Positions 13,215 to 28,240 of a stretch of 64,000 bases of DNA are shown in pieces. Position 1 is the stretch's first letter; each line of letters opens with the position of its first letter. Below the pieces are notes generated by a model. That model made no database searches. It was not told the origin of the DNA and saw only the letters and a list, made by a program, of their open reading frames with translations. The translations under genes and the position numbers were made by a program. This stretch comes from Octopus vulgaris (lineage: Eukaryota), in NCBI GenBank assembly GCA_951406725.2, contig OX597821.1, forward strand, positions 106,826,001 through 106,890,000. Direction: 5' to 3'.

Positions 13215-13640
13215 ATTTAGTTTCAGCTCACAAGCTGTGGCCATGCTGGGGCACCAACATTTGGTGTTGCTACATGATTTTACTTCACGAATGCTTTTTA
13301 GCAAATGCCATCTGGTGCATGAGAGAGTTCGATGCAGCTGCGCTCATCTGCACGTCCTGCCGAGAAGTTGGTTCATCTGGGACACCTGACAAGAAGAGAT
13401 CCAGTTTCATTTTAAAGACATCTGCATCCACCCCATACATGTCTCTTAGGTTCTTCAGGAAGATATTGAAGAGCTGTGGGCCTCGGAAGCCCAGGCTATC
13501 ACAGTATCTCGTCCTACATCTTGAGGGCAAATTTGGAGTCCTTGGCACTATGCAGTGGCGCCGAGTTCTGGCATTTGTGTAACTCTCGATGCCAAAGTTT
13601 GGGACAAGTCCTTCTAGGATCTACCAGATGTATATTATGG
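13215..13640 (-). mobile_element. CR1/L2-like LINE 3' end
   Basis: ORF 13285..13548 (RTRYCDSLGFRGPQLFNIFLKNLRD..VDADVFKMKLDLFLSGVPDEP) is a typical CR1-group ORF2 C-terminus, followed by a short tail and an A-rich end. Confidence 0.8.
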
Positions 13641-15890
13641 CATATCTTTCTCGCCTTCACTCTAAGGAATAGAGTCTCAATCTCTTGAGTCTTTCCCAAT
13701 TGCTTATATGCTATATATATATATAAATGAACAAAAAAGTAAATAGAGGTGATAAATTGTCTTGATGGGTGCTAGCTATAATGTAAGTAGAATATGTTTG
13801 TAAGCTGTATAGAAGCATAAAATGATTAGTGTAACTACATGAAGGTTTAAATATTAAGCCAAGTGGTAGGAAAACACTACGATTGTATAGCTGTGTAATT
13901 ATAATTAAGTAGAAATAAAAACAATGGGAGGTGGATAAGAATATGCGTAATGGCTTAATATGGGAGTTATTAACCTCTGCACCTTCTTATCAAGTTAATA
14001 AAAAAATATTTTTTAGGTTTAAGCGAAAAACCTTTGATTCTCTCTGTAAAGTTCCCACTACTTAATCATAGGTATGAGCGAAATAAACTTGTTTGCACAT
14101 GGTAAAGTTTCTTTTCTATATATGGATAAATACATAATTGGTTATTCTGATTCTTTTTACTACTATATCAGGAATAACTCGTATATCCGATCCACTCCTT
14201 TTCCAGGCTTCATATTGATTTTGAGCCCTTCTTTTTGTTCCTCCACATTTGTATTTATTTCTGCTCATTTATAATTACACAGCTATCCAATCGCTGTATT
14301 TTCCTATCACTTTGCTCAATACTTAATCGTTTATGCATTTATACACATCATTTTAGACTTTCATACACATTATAAACATATTTTATATACGTTATACCTT
14401 GTACCTATCTCATAGAATATTTTATTATCAAGCTATTTTATCAACTTTATTTATATATTGTTTTTCATATATATATATATATATATGTATGTACGTATAT
14501 ATATATATATATATATTGCTGGAGATACATCGGGGTGTAGAAGGCTGGTCTGAGATATATTGAATAACTTTGTCTAATGAACATTTGAATTTTATGGGAT
14601 CCGTTTCCGTTTGGACATATTTTGGTAAGGTATTAAAGGGAGCTGGACCGGTTGAGGTAAATTAATTGTTATGTAATGTTGCTATTGATATTTCTGTTAT
14701 TCTCATTCACTGGTTTCTCAACCCCTGTTATTATCTCTTCGTATTATTTGATAGTTATACACATATTTTATGACCTTTATTTATTTATATCTCATATACT
14801 CAAATTTTATACTTCTATCTATAATTCGTGTATTGTATCATACTGTACATATACTTCAGACTAATTTGTTTATTTGTCTCCCACATTTTCTGGCTCTATG
14901 TCGATATATTGATTTATCGATATATGAGATAATGTTATATTGATATATTGATATGGAATTCTTCCTTTCTCTTATCCCAACACACCGTATTTATTTCTAC
15001 TAATCCATAATTTTAAACCTTTGTGTATATTATACCAAATTTTACTTGCTTTAAAACATAAAACCATTTTATATTTGTTATTTATTTCATGTATTTTGCT
15101 ACCTTACCTCACTTCGTTTGAAATTCTTCGCAGTATACAATACCATATGGAATACGAACTGTATTTTTCTTCTTTTTAATTTGTTTATCAAAATCTTTAT
15201 TTATTTATATTAATAACAAATTACATTTTTTAATAATAAATATTGCAATTTGTCACGTAAACCTTAACTCAACCAAATTTAATGGTAAGCTTCAAATTTA
15301 TATAGTTATATAAAAATTATCTTATGTTATTTGCCTCTCCCCCTCCATCTTGTTATTTTCCTCTCTAAAATAAATTTCTTCTCCCGGTATCGAACCCAAC
15401 CATGAGTATAAAATCATCAGCTACAAGAACATCATCTCTGTGTTGCCTGAATTTGTAGTAGCCACTGAGCTTACCAAGGTGTGTTATTTCTGAAGGGCCG
15501 TTGGCAAACTTCTTTGAATATGTAGATGGAGTGAGATGCAGATTCTAGTATTGTTAAAGTGGTAAACGTTTTAAAGGGATTGACATTTTATTTCCTCGCT
15601 GTTATATGTATATATGTATGTATATATGTATGTATTTATTTATGTGTGTATGTTTACGTATACATGATTGAATATATCACATTGATCCAGGAATGATAGA
15701 AAAATACAATATCACTATTGAATTGCTACTTCAGGATTAAGCTTATAATAATTTTTTTCCACTTAAGAGGAAGAACTCGATGTACAATAACTAAATTATA
15801 TACAACATATCAAAAGCTAAATTGTTACGCCTCTCAATCTCCTTCTCTATCTCCCTCTCACTCTTCTCTCTCTCTCTCTCTCTGTCTTTG

Positions 15891-15921
<31 letters not shown>

Positions 15922-15934
15922 TCATAAATGAGGG

Positions 15935-15982
<48 letters not shown>

Positions 15983-16493
15983 GAAATTCGTTCTGTCTGT
16001 CTGTGTGTGTGTCTTCTAGGATCTCGGGCATCCTCCATCCGATTGCACTCAAATTTGATATGAAAATACCGACGGTATCAGGGCGTGTATAAATCTTGAA
16101 GAAAATTACAATAATTGATACCACGTGAGAATGCGATCGATAAAGTGAATAAAATCGTTTTTCTTTGGCATAGAAAAAACGTCTATCTTTATTTCTTCTT
16201 TTGTCGGTGTCTCAAATTTAGGTTAAATCAGAGTTTGTCAAAATGGAGGCCATGGAATGGTCGGACAATTTGCTTTGAGAAAATTTAGTTTAAATGTTTA
16301 AGAACTCAGCACCGTCCATTGGACAGGGGAGCTTTTGCTCTTATATATATATATATATATATAATTAATTAATAGGGGTGAGAGAATTAGATACTACATT
16401 ATTTTGTGGTTGAAACCTATTGGATCTATTTCTAGTGCAAGAGTTAGCCACATTTTGACCACTCTCTTATATATATATATATATATACATTTG

Positions 16494-17199
16494 ATCGTTG
16501 ATGGTCTATTTCTAGCATACGGCCGACTCCCTAGCAGTAAGCCCTGCCAATATACACATATATTAGAATTTTCTCTGACTTCTCAGATTTTTTGTATGCT
16601 TGACTACTGGTTTTAAATTGATATTAAAATTAATATTAATTTATCTCCCTCGTTATTTAAATATTGAAATAAATACGTTCTCTAGTAGTAAGCACCAACC
16701 GCAGTGAATTATTTACTGCAGCCCTTCGCCTCAGGAATTTATTAGCGCGCCAGAACCAAGACATTTGAAATTTTATCACTAGTGTAATCGGTAAAACTAT
16801 ACACGTGTCTGTACTGGCACGGAAAGCTGGGGTTAGTTTTCAGTTTACATTACAATGAACGAATGCACTGAAGAAGCACGGACATTTCAATTACGTAAGT
16901 AATTCTTTTGTTAAAGGCCGAAACCGAGGTATGCGTTTAATTCTGTTTTTTATATAAATTTTCATCTGTCCTGCCCGCCAAATTTGGTTCTGGTGTTCGC
17001 TGTATTTTTCCCCTAGAGAATTTCCTTGTAGTTTTATCGTTGATGGTCTATTTCTAGCATACGGCCGACTCCCTAGCAGTAAGCCCTGCCAATATACACA
17101 TATATTAGAATTTTCTATGTCTTCTCAGATTTTTTGTATGCTGGACTACTGGTTTTAAATTGATATTAAAATTAATATTAATTTATCTCCCTCATTATT

Positions 17200-17206
<7 letters not shown>
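16494..17206 (+). mobile_element. Non-coding element with ~170-nt direct terminal repeats and an internal hammerhead motif (retrozyme-like or non-autonomous PLE), embedded in (TA)n
   Basis: 16,494-16,664 is repeated at 17,036-17,206. Hammerhead core at 16,862-16,937. Absent from the homologous site in unit 2 (~48,790-48,828). Confidence 0.7.
16862..16937 (+). ncRNA. Type I hammerhead ribozyme motif with long stem II
   Basis: aatgca-CTGAAGA-[..aattac gtaa gtaatt..]-GAAA-ccgagg-TA-tgcgtt. Stem I pairs; the base of stem II has a mismatch. Confidence 0.65.
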
Positions 17207-17249
<43 letters not shown>

Positions 17250-17250
<1 letters not shown>

Positions 17251-17767
17251 CGTAAATCCTCCAGTATAATCCGCATTTTTTCCCCAAAATTTAAAGGTCA
17301 AAATCCCTAGTGCTTACTATATACGACGTTAAAAATGAAAAATATTTTCTAAGCAATGTCCTAGTTTCTATTTGACGTCCGGCAATGTATATTCAGATGC
17401 ATTTTGTGATGTCGGGCGCGAGAATACCTTAAGCTAAGCCTGAAAGCAATGAAGTCATAAAAGAATCATCCATAACTTGCAGTAAGCAACATTTACTACA
17501 CGTAATTACTGTTATTTCTTAATTTTCTGCAAACAAAATGTTCAAAAAAGTTACACGTTTGCATTAAGATGTATATACAATAATAATAATAATATAGGAT
17601 GTTACCGTATACATTTTTACAAACCAAGGACGTTTGATAGGCCTGTTTGACTCAAGATAGAGAAGGAATGCGTATTATACAAAAAGTTTAGGTTTTTCAG
17701 AGGTACAGCGCCCTAACAATGCTCTGCGTTTTATACTCCAGTGCGGACTATACTCGAAGATATACGG
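17250..17767. mobile_element. Non-autonomous Tc1/mariner (pogo/Tigger-like) MITE; copy 48,829-49,345; right part duplicated at ~17,868-18,199
   Basis: TIRs ccgtaaatcctccagtataatccgca / tgcggactatactcgaagatatacgg, in a TA-repeat context. Confidence 0.8.
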
Positions 17768-17996
17768 TATATATATATATGATGCAGTTTGGAACTTCTT
17801 TAGGCTAACGTTATAGGAAACATTCTCTTCTGTTTGGAATGTATTGAACTCAAAAGAAGATATATATGAAGTCATAAAAGAATCATCCATAACTTGCAGT
17901 AAGCAACATTTACTACACGTTATTACTGTTATTTCTTTATTTTCTGCAAACAAAATGTACAAAAAAGTTACACGTTTGCATTGAGATGTATATACA

Positions 17997-18031
<35 letters not shown>

Positions 18032-18211
18032 GTATGTAACCGTATACATTTTTACAAACCAAGGACGTTTAATGGACCTCTTTGACTCAAGTTAGAGGAG
18101 TGAGTATTATACGCAAAGTTTAGGTTTTTCAGAGGTACAGCGCCCTAACCATGCTCTGCGTTTTATACTCAAGTGCGGACTATACTCGAGGATATACGGT
18201 ATATATATATA

Positions 18212-18580
18212 TGATGCACTTTAGAAGTTCTTTAGGCTAACGTTATAAGAAACATTCTCTTCTGTTTGGAATGTATTGAACTTAAAAGAAGATATTGTTT
18301 CAAGACTAAGCTTCATCGTAAACATCTCCCTTTAGTTGTTGACTTCGCTGATGAATTTTACTAAAAATGAGTTGTCTCCTGTTATATTCCATGGTGAACA
18401 TTTTTTCTAACTTATAGTGGAGTGTTTTGAATTCTTTTTATTTCTCTATGCTTTCATTTCATTGAATGACTCTGTCGTCGATGTATGTTTCCAGTTTTAT
18501 AGTATATGTTTGAAGAAAATATTTCTGAATATTCGTAGTCATATTTGTAATTCATAATCTTTACTTACCCCATAAGTAAC
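18212..18580 (-). mobile_element. Degenerate Penelope-like RT fragment (copy ~49,425-49,790)
   Basis: The minus strand encodes remnants NWK.YIDD and FTMEYN..QL, plus a QYLL-like segment, with indels. Confidence 0.6.
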
Positions 18581-20172
18581 ATCTCAATAATTCAAATTTC
18601 CCTTTTTAAATATGATACTTGAAACTATTTTTCGCCATGGTTTCACCAGAAAAAAGTAATTCATATTTACAGCTGCATTTTCTTCAGATGGTACGGCTTC
18701 CGCGATGAAATTACAACGTATCGCTATAGAAACAAATTCCATCACCAAATATCAATCATGCTTGTCTATCGATTGCTAAACCAACCACAATCTTTGTTTT
18801 AGTTGCCATAAACATGCTGAAATCATCGGTAAATTTGCCACATCTACTGGTAGTGGTAAATTGCTTGACATTACACAACCGATTGACTTACCAACATTCC
18901 AACTGATGCGGCTACCGGCTGCCACACTTGTCACTGCAACTAGCGACGACCACTCAGGCTGCTATTGTTGCGAAAACCACCACGACCAGGTAACAAAGAA
19001 AATTAAACAAAACAACGGCAGCATGTGAATTTCGTAAAACAAAAAGTGAGATTGAAGAACTAATATCATGGAACATTGATGAAATACAATTTATTCATTT
19101 TTTGTTAAAATTTCATCATGACTAAATCGTTTTTCTACAGCAACCGAAACCGTTAGGATAAATTCTTACTTTTATTCAAGACAGTGCTCAGCCAATTGCA
19201 CGTTAATTTCACGAGCAGGCTGTGCCGTTGATCGGTTCAACTGGAACCCTCGTCGTCGAAACCGACGGAGTGCCATGATTATAGCAACATATAACAATAA
19301 TATATAAGCAAAAGCTCCGCTCGAAACGTTGATACCTCCTTCTTTCTTTCCTTTCCTGAGCGTCCAATAACACTATACTTGTTCCACGTCCTCGCTTTGT
19401 TGTGTTTTCTCTTTGTTCATGTTTGGATTAACCATATAATTAAGTATCTGGGTCTTACCACTCACGTTACCCATACATGCAATCATAGTTTGTTATCTGA
19501 GATTGAACTAACTGAGATAACCTATATCTACTAATTTCGTCCTTGCTGCATAAAATGACATCTGCATCTATTTGAAATAAAAGGAATCTTTGCCTTGAAA
19601 TATTTTTTCTCACTTTGATGCACATACATATTGTAAAGTAAATTAAAACTGAACTCAGTAAGTGGTTTCATTATGATATTTTATTTCTAGAATATACGAA
19701 AGATTAAGTTTGAAAATGCAAGGTTGAGCATTTATAATGTATTTTCTGTAATATATTGGTGTTATTTATTTATGTAAATGAGAAAAAGTGACAAGTAGAA
19801 CATGTGCAGATGTGGTAGCAGGAAAATTACAATAGAGACGGAAAAATCATTTTGTGAATATATATATTTTTATACAATTTTACTTAAAAGATGGCGGACA
19901 GTTATAAATAATCCAGCAGAAAAATCAATGGCTACATGACTGATAATAAAGAGTATAGAATCATCCTGAGGTTTCACCGGTAGAAGGCGTTCCAACTCGC
20001 TTCAGCATTACCCATCTTTACCTTTTAAGAGAAAATTATCTTGCTTGAGAAAGTGCAGATGTGCCCAGGTTCCAAAGGCATTTAATGGTGAAATAGTGAG
20101 GTAGTGCTGCTAAAGGCGTCTTCGTACTGAATTTACTTACAATCGAAAATGTATAATAAAATGAGACATCGT

Positions 20173-20229
20173 TTATAATGGCTTTGTCTGAATTACCACA
20201 AGTATGTAAGTAATGAAACTTCCAATCAT
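20173..20229 (-). CDS. GR-like terminal exon 4 (MIGSFITYILVVIQTKPL*) with TM7 TYxxxxxQ motif
   Basis: ctcttttctgtttttcag|ATG ATT GGA AGT TTC ATT ACT TAC ATA CTT GTG GTA ATT CAG ACA AAG CCA TTA TAA. Phase 0. Confidence 0.92.
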   Translation of the reverse strand: MIGSFITYILVVIQTKPL

Positions 20230-20869
20230 CTGAAAAACAGAAAAGAGACGTTATATATGTGCTATTTTCAGTGAATGAAGAGAATTATACGGATTGAAGG
20301 TCATTATGTACTACTTATACTAGAAAAATAAGCTGGTTGTTTCAGTTAAGCAACCGCAAGTTTTGGGCACTAAACATTTAGGTCATGATTTCAAGATCTT
20401 CTGATATATTCGTTACCGAATTTCATTAAGGTGCCCATAAAGTATTATGGTTGAGTCAGGTGTGCGACTGAACCTCGAATCGAAATGTTAAGCAGGCAGA
20501 TTTTGCTCTGTGCAGTATGACCGACAGAATGTCAAGACTGGTAACGTTTGAACTCAAAAGATAAACGGTTGTAGCAGAATATTGCAAACGTTTTATAAAA
20601 TCAGGAAGTATAAAACGCATTTCATTGCAAAGTTTTTTTTTTAAAAAGCTATATCTCTGCCCAAAAAAGTAACAAAGCATATAACAAATACATTCTCCTT
20701 TGCAATATTTTCCTTCCGATTTATTTGAAATTCAATTCTTTAATTGTATTATATACTCTTTTTATTTTTATTATTCGCGTTTTATTTCTTATTTATCGCT
20801 GTGTTTGAAGTTCTTTCACGATATTTCATGAGTCACTAATAAACCAAATACATTTTGAACTTAAAATAG

Positions 20870-21235
20870 CTAATGAAAATGTTGATGTATTTCAGCAAGG
20901 GTTTCAGTGGGATGTCTTGAAAATTGCGTAAGCGGTGGCTTTCCAGAAGCTGGCCCAGCTACAATGGGTCTTAAGGTTAAGTCCTCTGGCGTTTGGATAG
21001 ACGAGTATGACCCTGAGAAAAATATCCACTCTACATAAAGAGCAAATCCGTTTCCCGCAATACAGGAATATTCCTCTAAGTCAACATATACAAAAATATG
21101 CAGATAACACCAAGCCAAATTTCAAATTCTTCCCCTTCTACAAGTGCAAAGACACAATCTCTCCACAAGAACGTTTAAATAAACAAACTTTTTTCATTGA
21201 AAAATACAGAACATGTCTTAATATGCACGTATAAC
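20870..21235. mobile_element. Penelope-like remnant in GR intron 3: inverted RT piece joined to GIY-YIG C-terminus (copy ~52,105-52,467)
   Basis: Minus strand gives LTLRPIVAGPAS (PLE RT motif). Plus strand gives HKEQIRFPQYRNIPLSQHI...FKFFPFYK...FFIEKY..LN, homologous to ORF 56530. Confidence 0.75.
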
Positions 21236-21540
21236 CAACGTTTATCTTTTTAAATATTTCAATTCTGTACATAAATCCCCTCACTTAACAAATATTTCGA
21301 AACCCCTTTTTTTTTGTCTGTATAATAACGGTAACTAAATACCTCCCCATATCTTTTCTACTTGTGAAGTAATTCACTCGGAAATATCATTACACACAAC
21401 ATGGGCAAAATTTCGTCTTAAGAAAATACATATACAAATAAGTAAACCACAATATCATGAATAGCGAAAGCGAACTGTTGATATATTAAAAATTATATTA
21501 AAACTATGTAAAGTGTGTGCATTTTCCTTATTTAATTTCT

Positions 21541-21585
<45 letters not shown>

Positions 21586-22005
21586 ACTATGACACTGTAG
21601 CAATTAGAGAAGTTGCGTAGCGGTTTACTTGGTAATTTTAATAATTATAATAGGTTTGAACATATTTGCCATCATAACAATCCGCTTTCCAGAAAATGTT
21701 CTATTATTTTCTGGCTACAATTTGAGTGGATAAAATGTCTGTTTGGGGTGACCAGCGTAAATCACATCCAAACATCTCGTACATAATATATATATATGCA
21801 AATGATTCCTTTCAGTTTCTGTCTATTGAATTTACTCATTGAGTTCTTTGGTCGGCCTGAGGCTAGATTTGAAAATTATTGCCGTAGGTGTCACGCAGTG
21901 AGTCTGAAGCTTAAGTTATACAGTCGAGAAGCAGAACTCAGGATCATGCCTGCGACTTTGTATGACAAAATATGTAAAATATGCACTAAATACTGTAATA
22001 TTTAC

Positions 22006-22095
22006 CGTAAGTGTTGACGAAGGAGTTATTACGAAACAGCCACCAACATCAATTCCATGAGATTCAGTCGTTAGTCGATTTAGGAAAACGAATAT
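22006..22095 (-). CDS. GR-like shared C-terminal exon 3 (IFVFLNRLTTESHGIDVGGCFVITPSSTLT)
   Basis: tcttatgtattacag|ATA...CTT ACG|gtaaat. 90 nt, phase 0/0. Matches the GR/GRL pre-TM7 pattern F..RL....G..V.G.F.I....LT. Confidence 0.9.
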
Positions 22096-22659
22096 CTGTA
22101 ATACATAAGAAGACGAAAAATCATAAACAGAGACGGTTGAACAAGAAATCCAACCAACTTTTCTCATATATTTGATGTCCGTGGACACATCGTCATTTGA
22201 TTCAGAAAAGGATGGGATAAAAACAAATGCACATTTAAGGACTTGATGAGGAATTCCTATTTGTATTGATGGAAATTCAACGATGATTATTCGCATGGTT
22301 ATATATAAAACCAGAAAAGAACCTAGGGGAAAATATAATAGCGATACCAATAAGGATGGGACAACTGGCACCAACGAGTTAATAATTGATGTGAGGAAGA
22401 TCAGAAGATTTTAGATGAGTTGCAGGAAGTAATGAATAAACAGGTAAGAAAAACATTGCCAGCTTTAAAATGCACCAACATCTTTAAATGATTGTTCCGG
22501 AGCATATTCACCATCTACTTCAATTACTACTTCCCATTTGGTCTGCAGGCGTTCAGACTGTCATTTAAAGATGTGTTTCTTAAGTATTGTTTTTGTTTTT
22601 GTTGAATAAATTTTGTTGGAAAAACATTTGCAATAATTACGCACCAATCCAATATATAT

Positions 22660-22885
22660 GTGGAGGCGCGTGGCTTAGTGGTTACAGTGTCAGCATGATG
22701 ATCGTAAGATTGTGGTTTCGATTCCTGGACCGGGCGACGCGTTGTATTCTTGAGCAAAACACTTCATTTCACGTTGCTCCAGTCCACTCAGCTGGCAAAT
22801 AGGGGTAAGGCTGCGATGGACTGGCGTCCTGTCCAACAGGGGAACACATATGCCATAGAAACCGAGAAAATAGACCCATGAGCCT
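22660..22885 (+). mobile_element. tRNA-derived SINE in GR intron 2 (copy ~54,230-54,470)
   Basis: A box tggcttagtgg, B box ggtttcgattcc, then a ttcttgagcaaaacactt core. Confidence 0.75.
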
Positions 22886-23004
22886 GGCTAGTCTTTAAAA
22901 AGGGCGCATTTATTTATTTTTATATATATACATACATAGTGGGCTGATGAATAACTTAAAATTGTAATTAGATAAGAGAAAAATCAAGCATAAAATTTAT
23001 TTAC

Positions 23005-23073
23005 CTTCGCAACAACCTCCTGGTCGACGCCCTGAAACTGCATATAATGAATACTTTGTGTAATGCTGTGAAC
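23005..23073 (-). CDS. GR-like shared C-terminal exon 2 (VHSITQSIHYMQFQGVDQEVVAK)
   Basis: Minus strand reads ttctttttcgcatccag|GTT CAC...GCG AAG|gtaaat. 69 nt, phase 0/0, identical in unit 2. Confidence 0.85.
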
Positions 23074-23387
23074 CTGGATGCGAAAAAGAAAATAATAATG
23101 ATAATAATGATCATATGTAAAGGAGCAGATATAAGCATTGCCCATATCCCAAACGAATACCCTAGTCTTCCCCAAAAGAACAACCAGCTGTGGGTTTATG
23201 ATCTCTACGATTTCCCAATCAAAGGAGATCAGATGCTTGAGCACAACAGGCCAGAGATATAGATCGTCAAGACGATATACCACATATGCTATATAGTTGA
23301 TGTTGCATGCCCCTTTGACCAACGAATAGTCGAGAAGGAGAGCGAAAATTTAAAATTTAAAAGAAGGAACAAAAAATAATAATAATC

Positions 23388-23430
<43 letters not shown>

Positions 23431-23432
<2 letters not shown>

Positions 23433-23968
23433 GCCCTGATGCAGTACCAGACAGTGGTTCTCATGGTTTCTTATCTTAACTGATTGGAAGTTTTATCATG
23501 TACATTGTTTTTTCTTGGTACAAAAGTTGGACTGCAGCAAATATTCTGCTCAATACCACAGATTTGCTTGTCAGTTATTAGACCTTAACCAGTTGAGCAT
23601 GGTCCTTAGAGGCTGACGATATGTGCATCTCTGATCACGAGAATAAGTGGTGGGGGAGCATCATAGCCGTATGTTGAAAGGAATTCTTTAGGGTTTCAAT
23701 AATTCACCACTGGAAACATCATTAAACAACCCGTATTCAGGGACATTTTGAGCGGGATGGGTAACTCGACCTGAATAAAATTCTAACTGGGTCCCACCTG
23801 TAAGGTCATGTGCTGTTTATTTTGAAAAGAGATCACCATGTCGCGCACATATGTTTGTGATGCATGTGCCTCGTGTACCTTTATCAGGCGGGTAGTAAAG
23901 ATGGGTATACTGGGCTTCGTATATTTTACCCTAGTGTCAATTTGATGGCATGTACAACTCTCTCACTC
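23431..23968. mobile_element. ~540-nt interspersed element bounded by (AAT)n on both sides; near-identical copy 25,285-25,822
   Basis: atgccctgatgcagtaccag...actctctcactc occurs twice (offset 1,854), each copy abutting AAT tracts. Confidence 0.85.
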
Positions 23969-25286
<1,318 letters not shown>

Positions 25287-25834
25287 GCCCTGATGCAGTA
25301 CCAGACAGTGGTTCTCATGGTTTCTGATCTTAACTGATTGGAAGTTTTATCATGTACATTGTTTTTTCTTGGTATAAAAGTTGGACTGCAGCAAATATTC
25401 TGCTCAATACCACAGATTTGCTTGTCAGTTGTTAGACCTTAACCAGTTGAGCATGGTCCTTAGAGGCTGACGATATGTGCATCTCTGATCACGAGAATAA
25501 GTGGTGGGGGAGCATCATAGCCGTATGTTGAAAGGAATTCTTTAGGGTTTCAATAATTCACCACTGGAAACATCATTAAACAACCCGTATTCAGGGACAT
25601 TTTGAGCGGGATGGGTAACTCGACCTGAATAAAATTCTAACTGGGTCCCACCTGTAAGGTCATGTGCTGTTTATTTTGAAAAGAGATCACCATGTCGCGC
25701 ACATATGTTTGTGATGCATGTGCCTCGTGTACCTTTATCAGGCGGGTAGTAAAGATGGGTATACTGGGCTTCGTATATTTTACCCTAGTGTCAATTTGAT
25801 GGCATGTACAACTCTCTCACTCAATAATAATAAT

Positions 25835-25902
<68 letters not shown>

Positions 25903-27054
25903 TTTCATAGTTTGTCACAAGGCCGGCAATTCCGGTGGTGTTTGTAAGTTGTTTACATCGACCCCAGTGCTCGTCTGGTACTTATGTTATAGACCTCGTA
26001 AGAATGAATAGCAAAGTTGACCTCGTTGGTACCAGAACGCAGAACGTAAAAACAGAGGTAATTTAAATGTTGAAGTGAATCTAATGGTTTTGTGTCTTTC
26101 TTAAATATCTTATAAACACCTTCCACGACGCAATTGTATATATATATATATAAATTAGATTCACCTCAACATTTAAATTTATTTTCCCAAATTTATATTC
26201 GTTGCGGACTCCAAGCGACGAAAATATACTGGCAAATGAAATTTAAATGTTGAAATAAATCTAATGGTTTTGTGTTTCTTTAATGGCTTCTTAACTCCTT
26301 CCACGCTGCAACTGCTTTCATTCCAGCACACCATCTCAGATATATATATCTATAATACTGGGTAAAATAAATAAAATAATCAATTAATTGATTAATAATT
26401 AATAATTTTACCAAGTAGTCAATACGTTAAGATGACCTTTTTATGTGAATTACACAAAATATTTCATAATTGTATATGTAATTACAATTAGGGGTCAGCT
26501 TATTGCTTTGCCACGTACCGAATTTGAAATGGACGCACTTATCTTTACAACTACCATAAATATCTCCGAGACAGAAACACACTTTTTACTCCCTGATCGA
26601 ATCTACAGTTTTCTGCGGGAGTGTTCGTAACACACACGTGGGTATAATGGATAAAAATGTATTCACATTCGGCTGTATATTTTTGGGAGTGCGGTTGAAT
26701 ATCAGTTATGCGATGACGCTTGATCGCGTACATATCTAATCCTAACACTCGCAAATATATCCCTCGAATTATCACAATGAGGAGAAAAGTAGGTAACTAT
26801 AATTTACTTTAAATTCGAAACACGTCTGTGGTTAATCGAAGTCGTGTAAATTCATCATTTTCTTTTTTTTTGCTTACAAAAAATGTGTGTTACTGTCTCG
26901 GAGATATATATGGTAACTGAAAAGACATTAGCGTCCATTTGTAATTCGATACGTGCGGAGCAATTAGCGGAGCCCTGATTATAATTATGTGTACAATTAT
27001 AGAATATTTTGAGTATATATATATATATATATATATGGATGGCTGTGTGTGTAA

Positions 27055-27090
<36 letters not shown>

Positions 27091-28240
27091 AAGTTATGTG
27101 TGTGTATGGTTCTCCCTTTGGGATTAAGACTCAATGTGTAAATCACTAAAACGAAGGCCACCTGCCATTTATTTAGTCCACCAGTATCTCTACTATTCCA
27201 ACAGCATAAATAATTGGTCCCTATCAAACGGGCAAATTTGCTGTCTATATTGATGTCATTGAAGAAATCGAACACTGGTACACGAAGCATATTGCCTCAT
27301 TTCTACGCCAAAATTTCTACGACTTTGCTCCATAGAGCAAAGAGAAAATTATGCGATTCTATATTTCTGATAGATTCTGAAGCGTTGGTACTAAAAGTTA
27401 TTTTAATACCTGAACGGATCAACACTGTATAGAGGCCAACATAAGATCGAAAGCTAGATACCACAATAGCTTTGTGATTAAATATCCTACGGAAATTCGT
27501 AATAGATATACATGAATGAATGTAGATCGTGTCATAATATAAAGTGATGCCATCGGACACGACGGATGCGGCGTAGACAGTGGTTATCGCAGGATTCTAG
27601 TCGCTTAATATCTTACACCCTCATCGGCCATTACTCGCTGCCGTAAAGGAGAATCGTTCGCACTAGTGCTTGGTAGAATTCATCTACAAGTGCTTGGAGA
27701 ATTTATCTACGAAGCAATTGCCCCAGCTCTTCTTCAGGGTTGGCAAAACGATGTGGTGGACAGTGAAAAACCTGGCTTCTGTCAGTCAAGGCTGATCTGG
27801 AACCCGACCTAGGCCCCCATATCTACGGCGTTCGCTGATGGAATAAGGATTGGTTGGAGATCAGCCGTCGTTAGCCTCAAATCATCAGGTCTGCTCGGCG
27901 TTTGTGCAAGCTGAAGCATTGAGGATGAATGAAGTCAGCTCAACCCGCTCCGGATGAATGCTGTCTAAAGACGAGACAAGACATAATATAAACCGACCAT
28001 CTACCAACTACAAGTTAAGACGATCCTAATTTGCGGAAAGTATGAAAACCGAGGGTACTAAATTTGGATTCCATCATTCACCAAGTACCGATGAAAGAAA
28101 ATGGATCAGCGATAGTGCAGCTATACCAAAGTCGGTGCTCGAGCATGACTACAGCCTACACACTGAAAGAAGTAAGCGATATAACATAAAAAGATAAAAT
28201 TAAGATTTGATATTATGAAGTTATCGTAAAAGATACTCAC

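Noticed and set aside
21916-22374. 152-aa ORF as a standalone gene
   Set aside because: Only the internal 30 codons bounded by AG/GT are GR-like; the rest is intron read-through and is shorter in unit 2.
22660-22735. tRNA gene
   Set aside because: A/B boxes are present but there is no clean cloverleaf and it runs into a SINE body.
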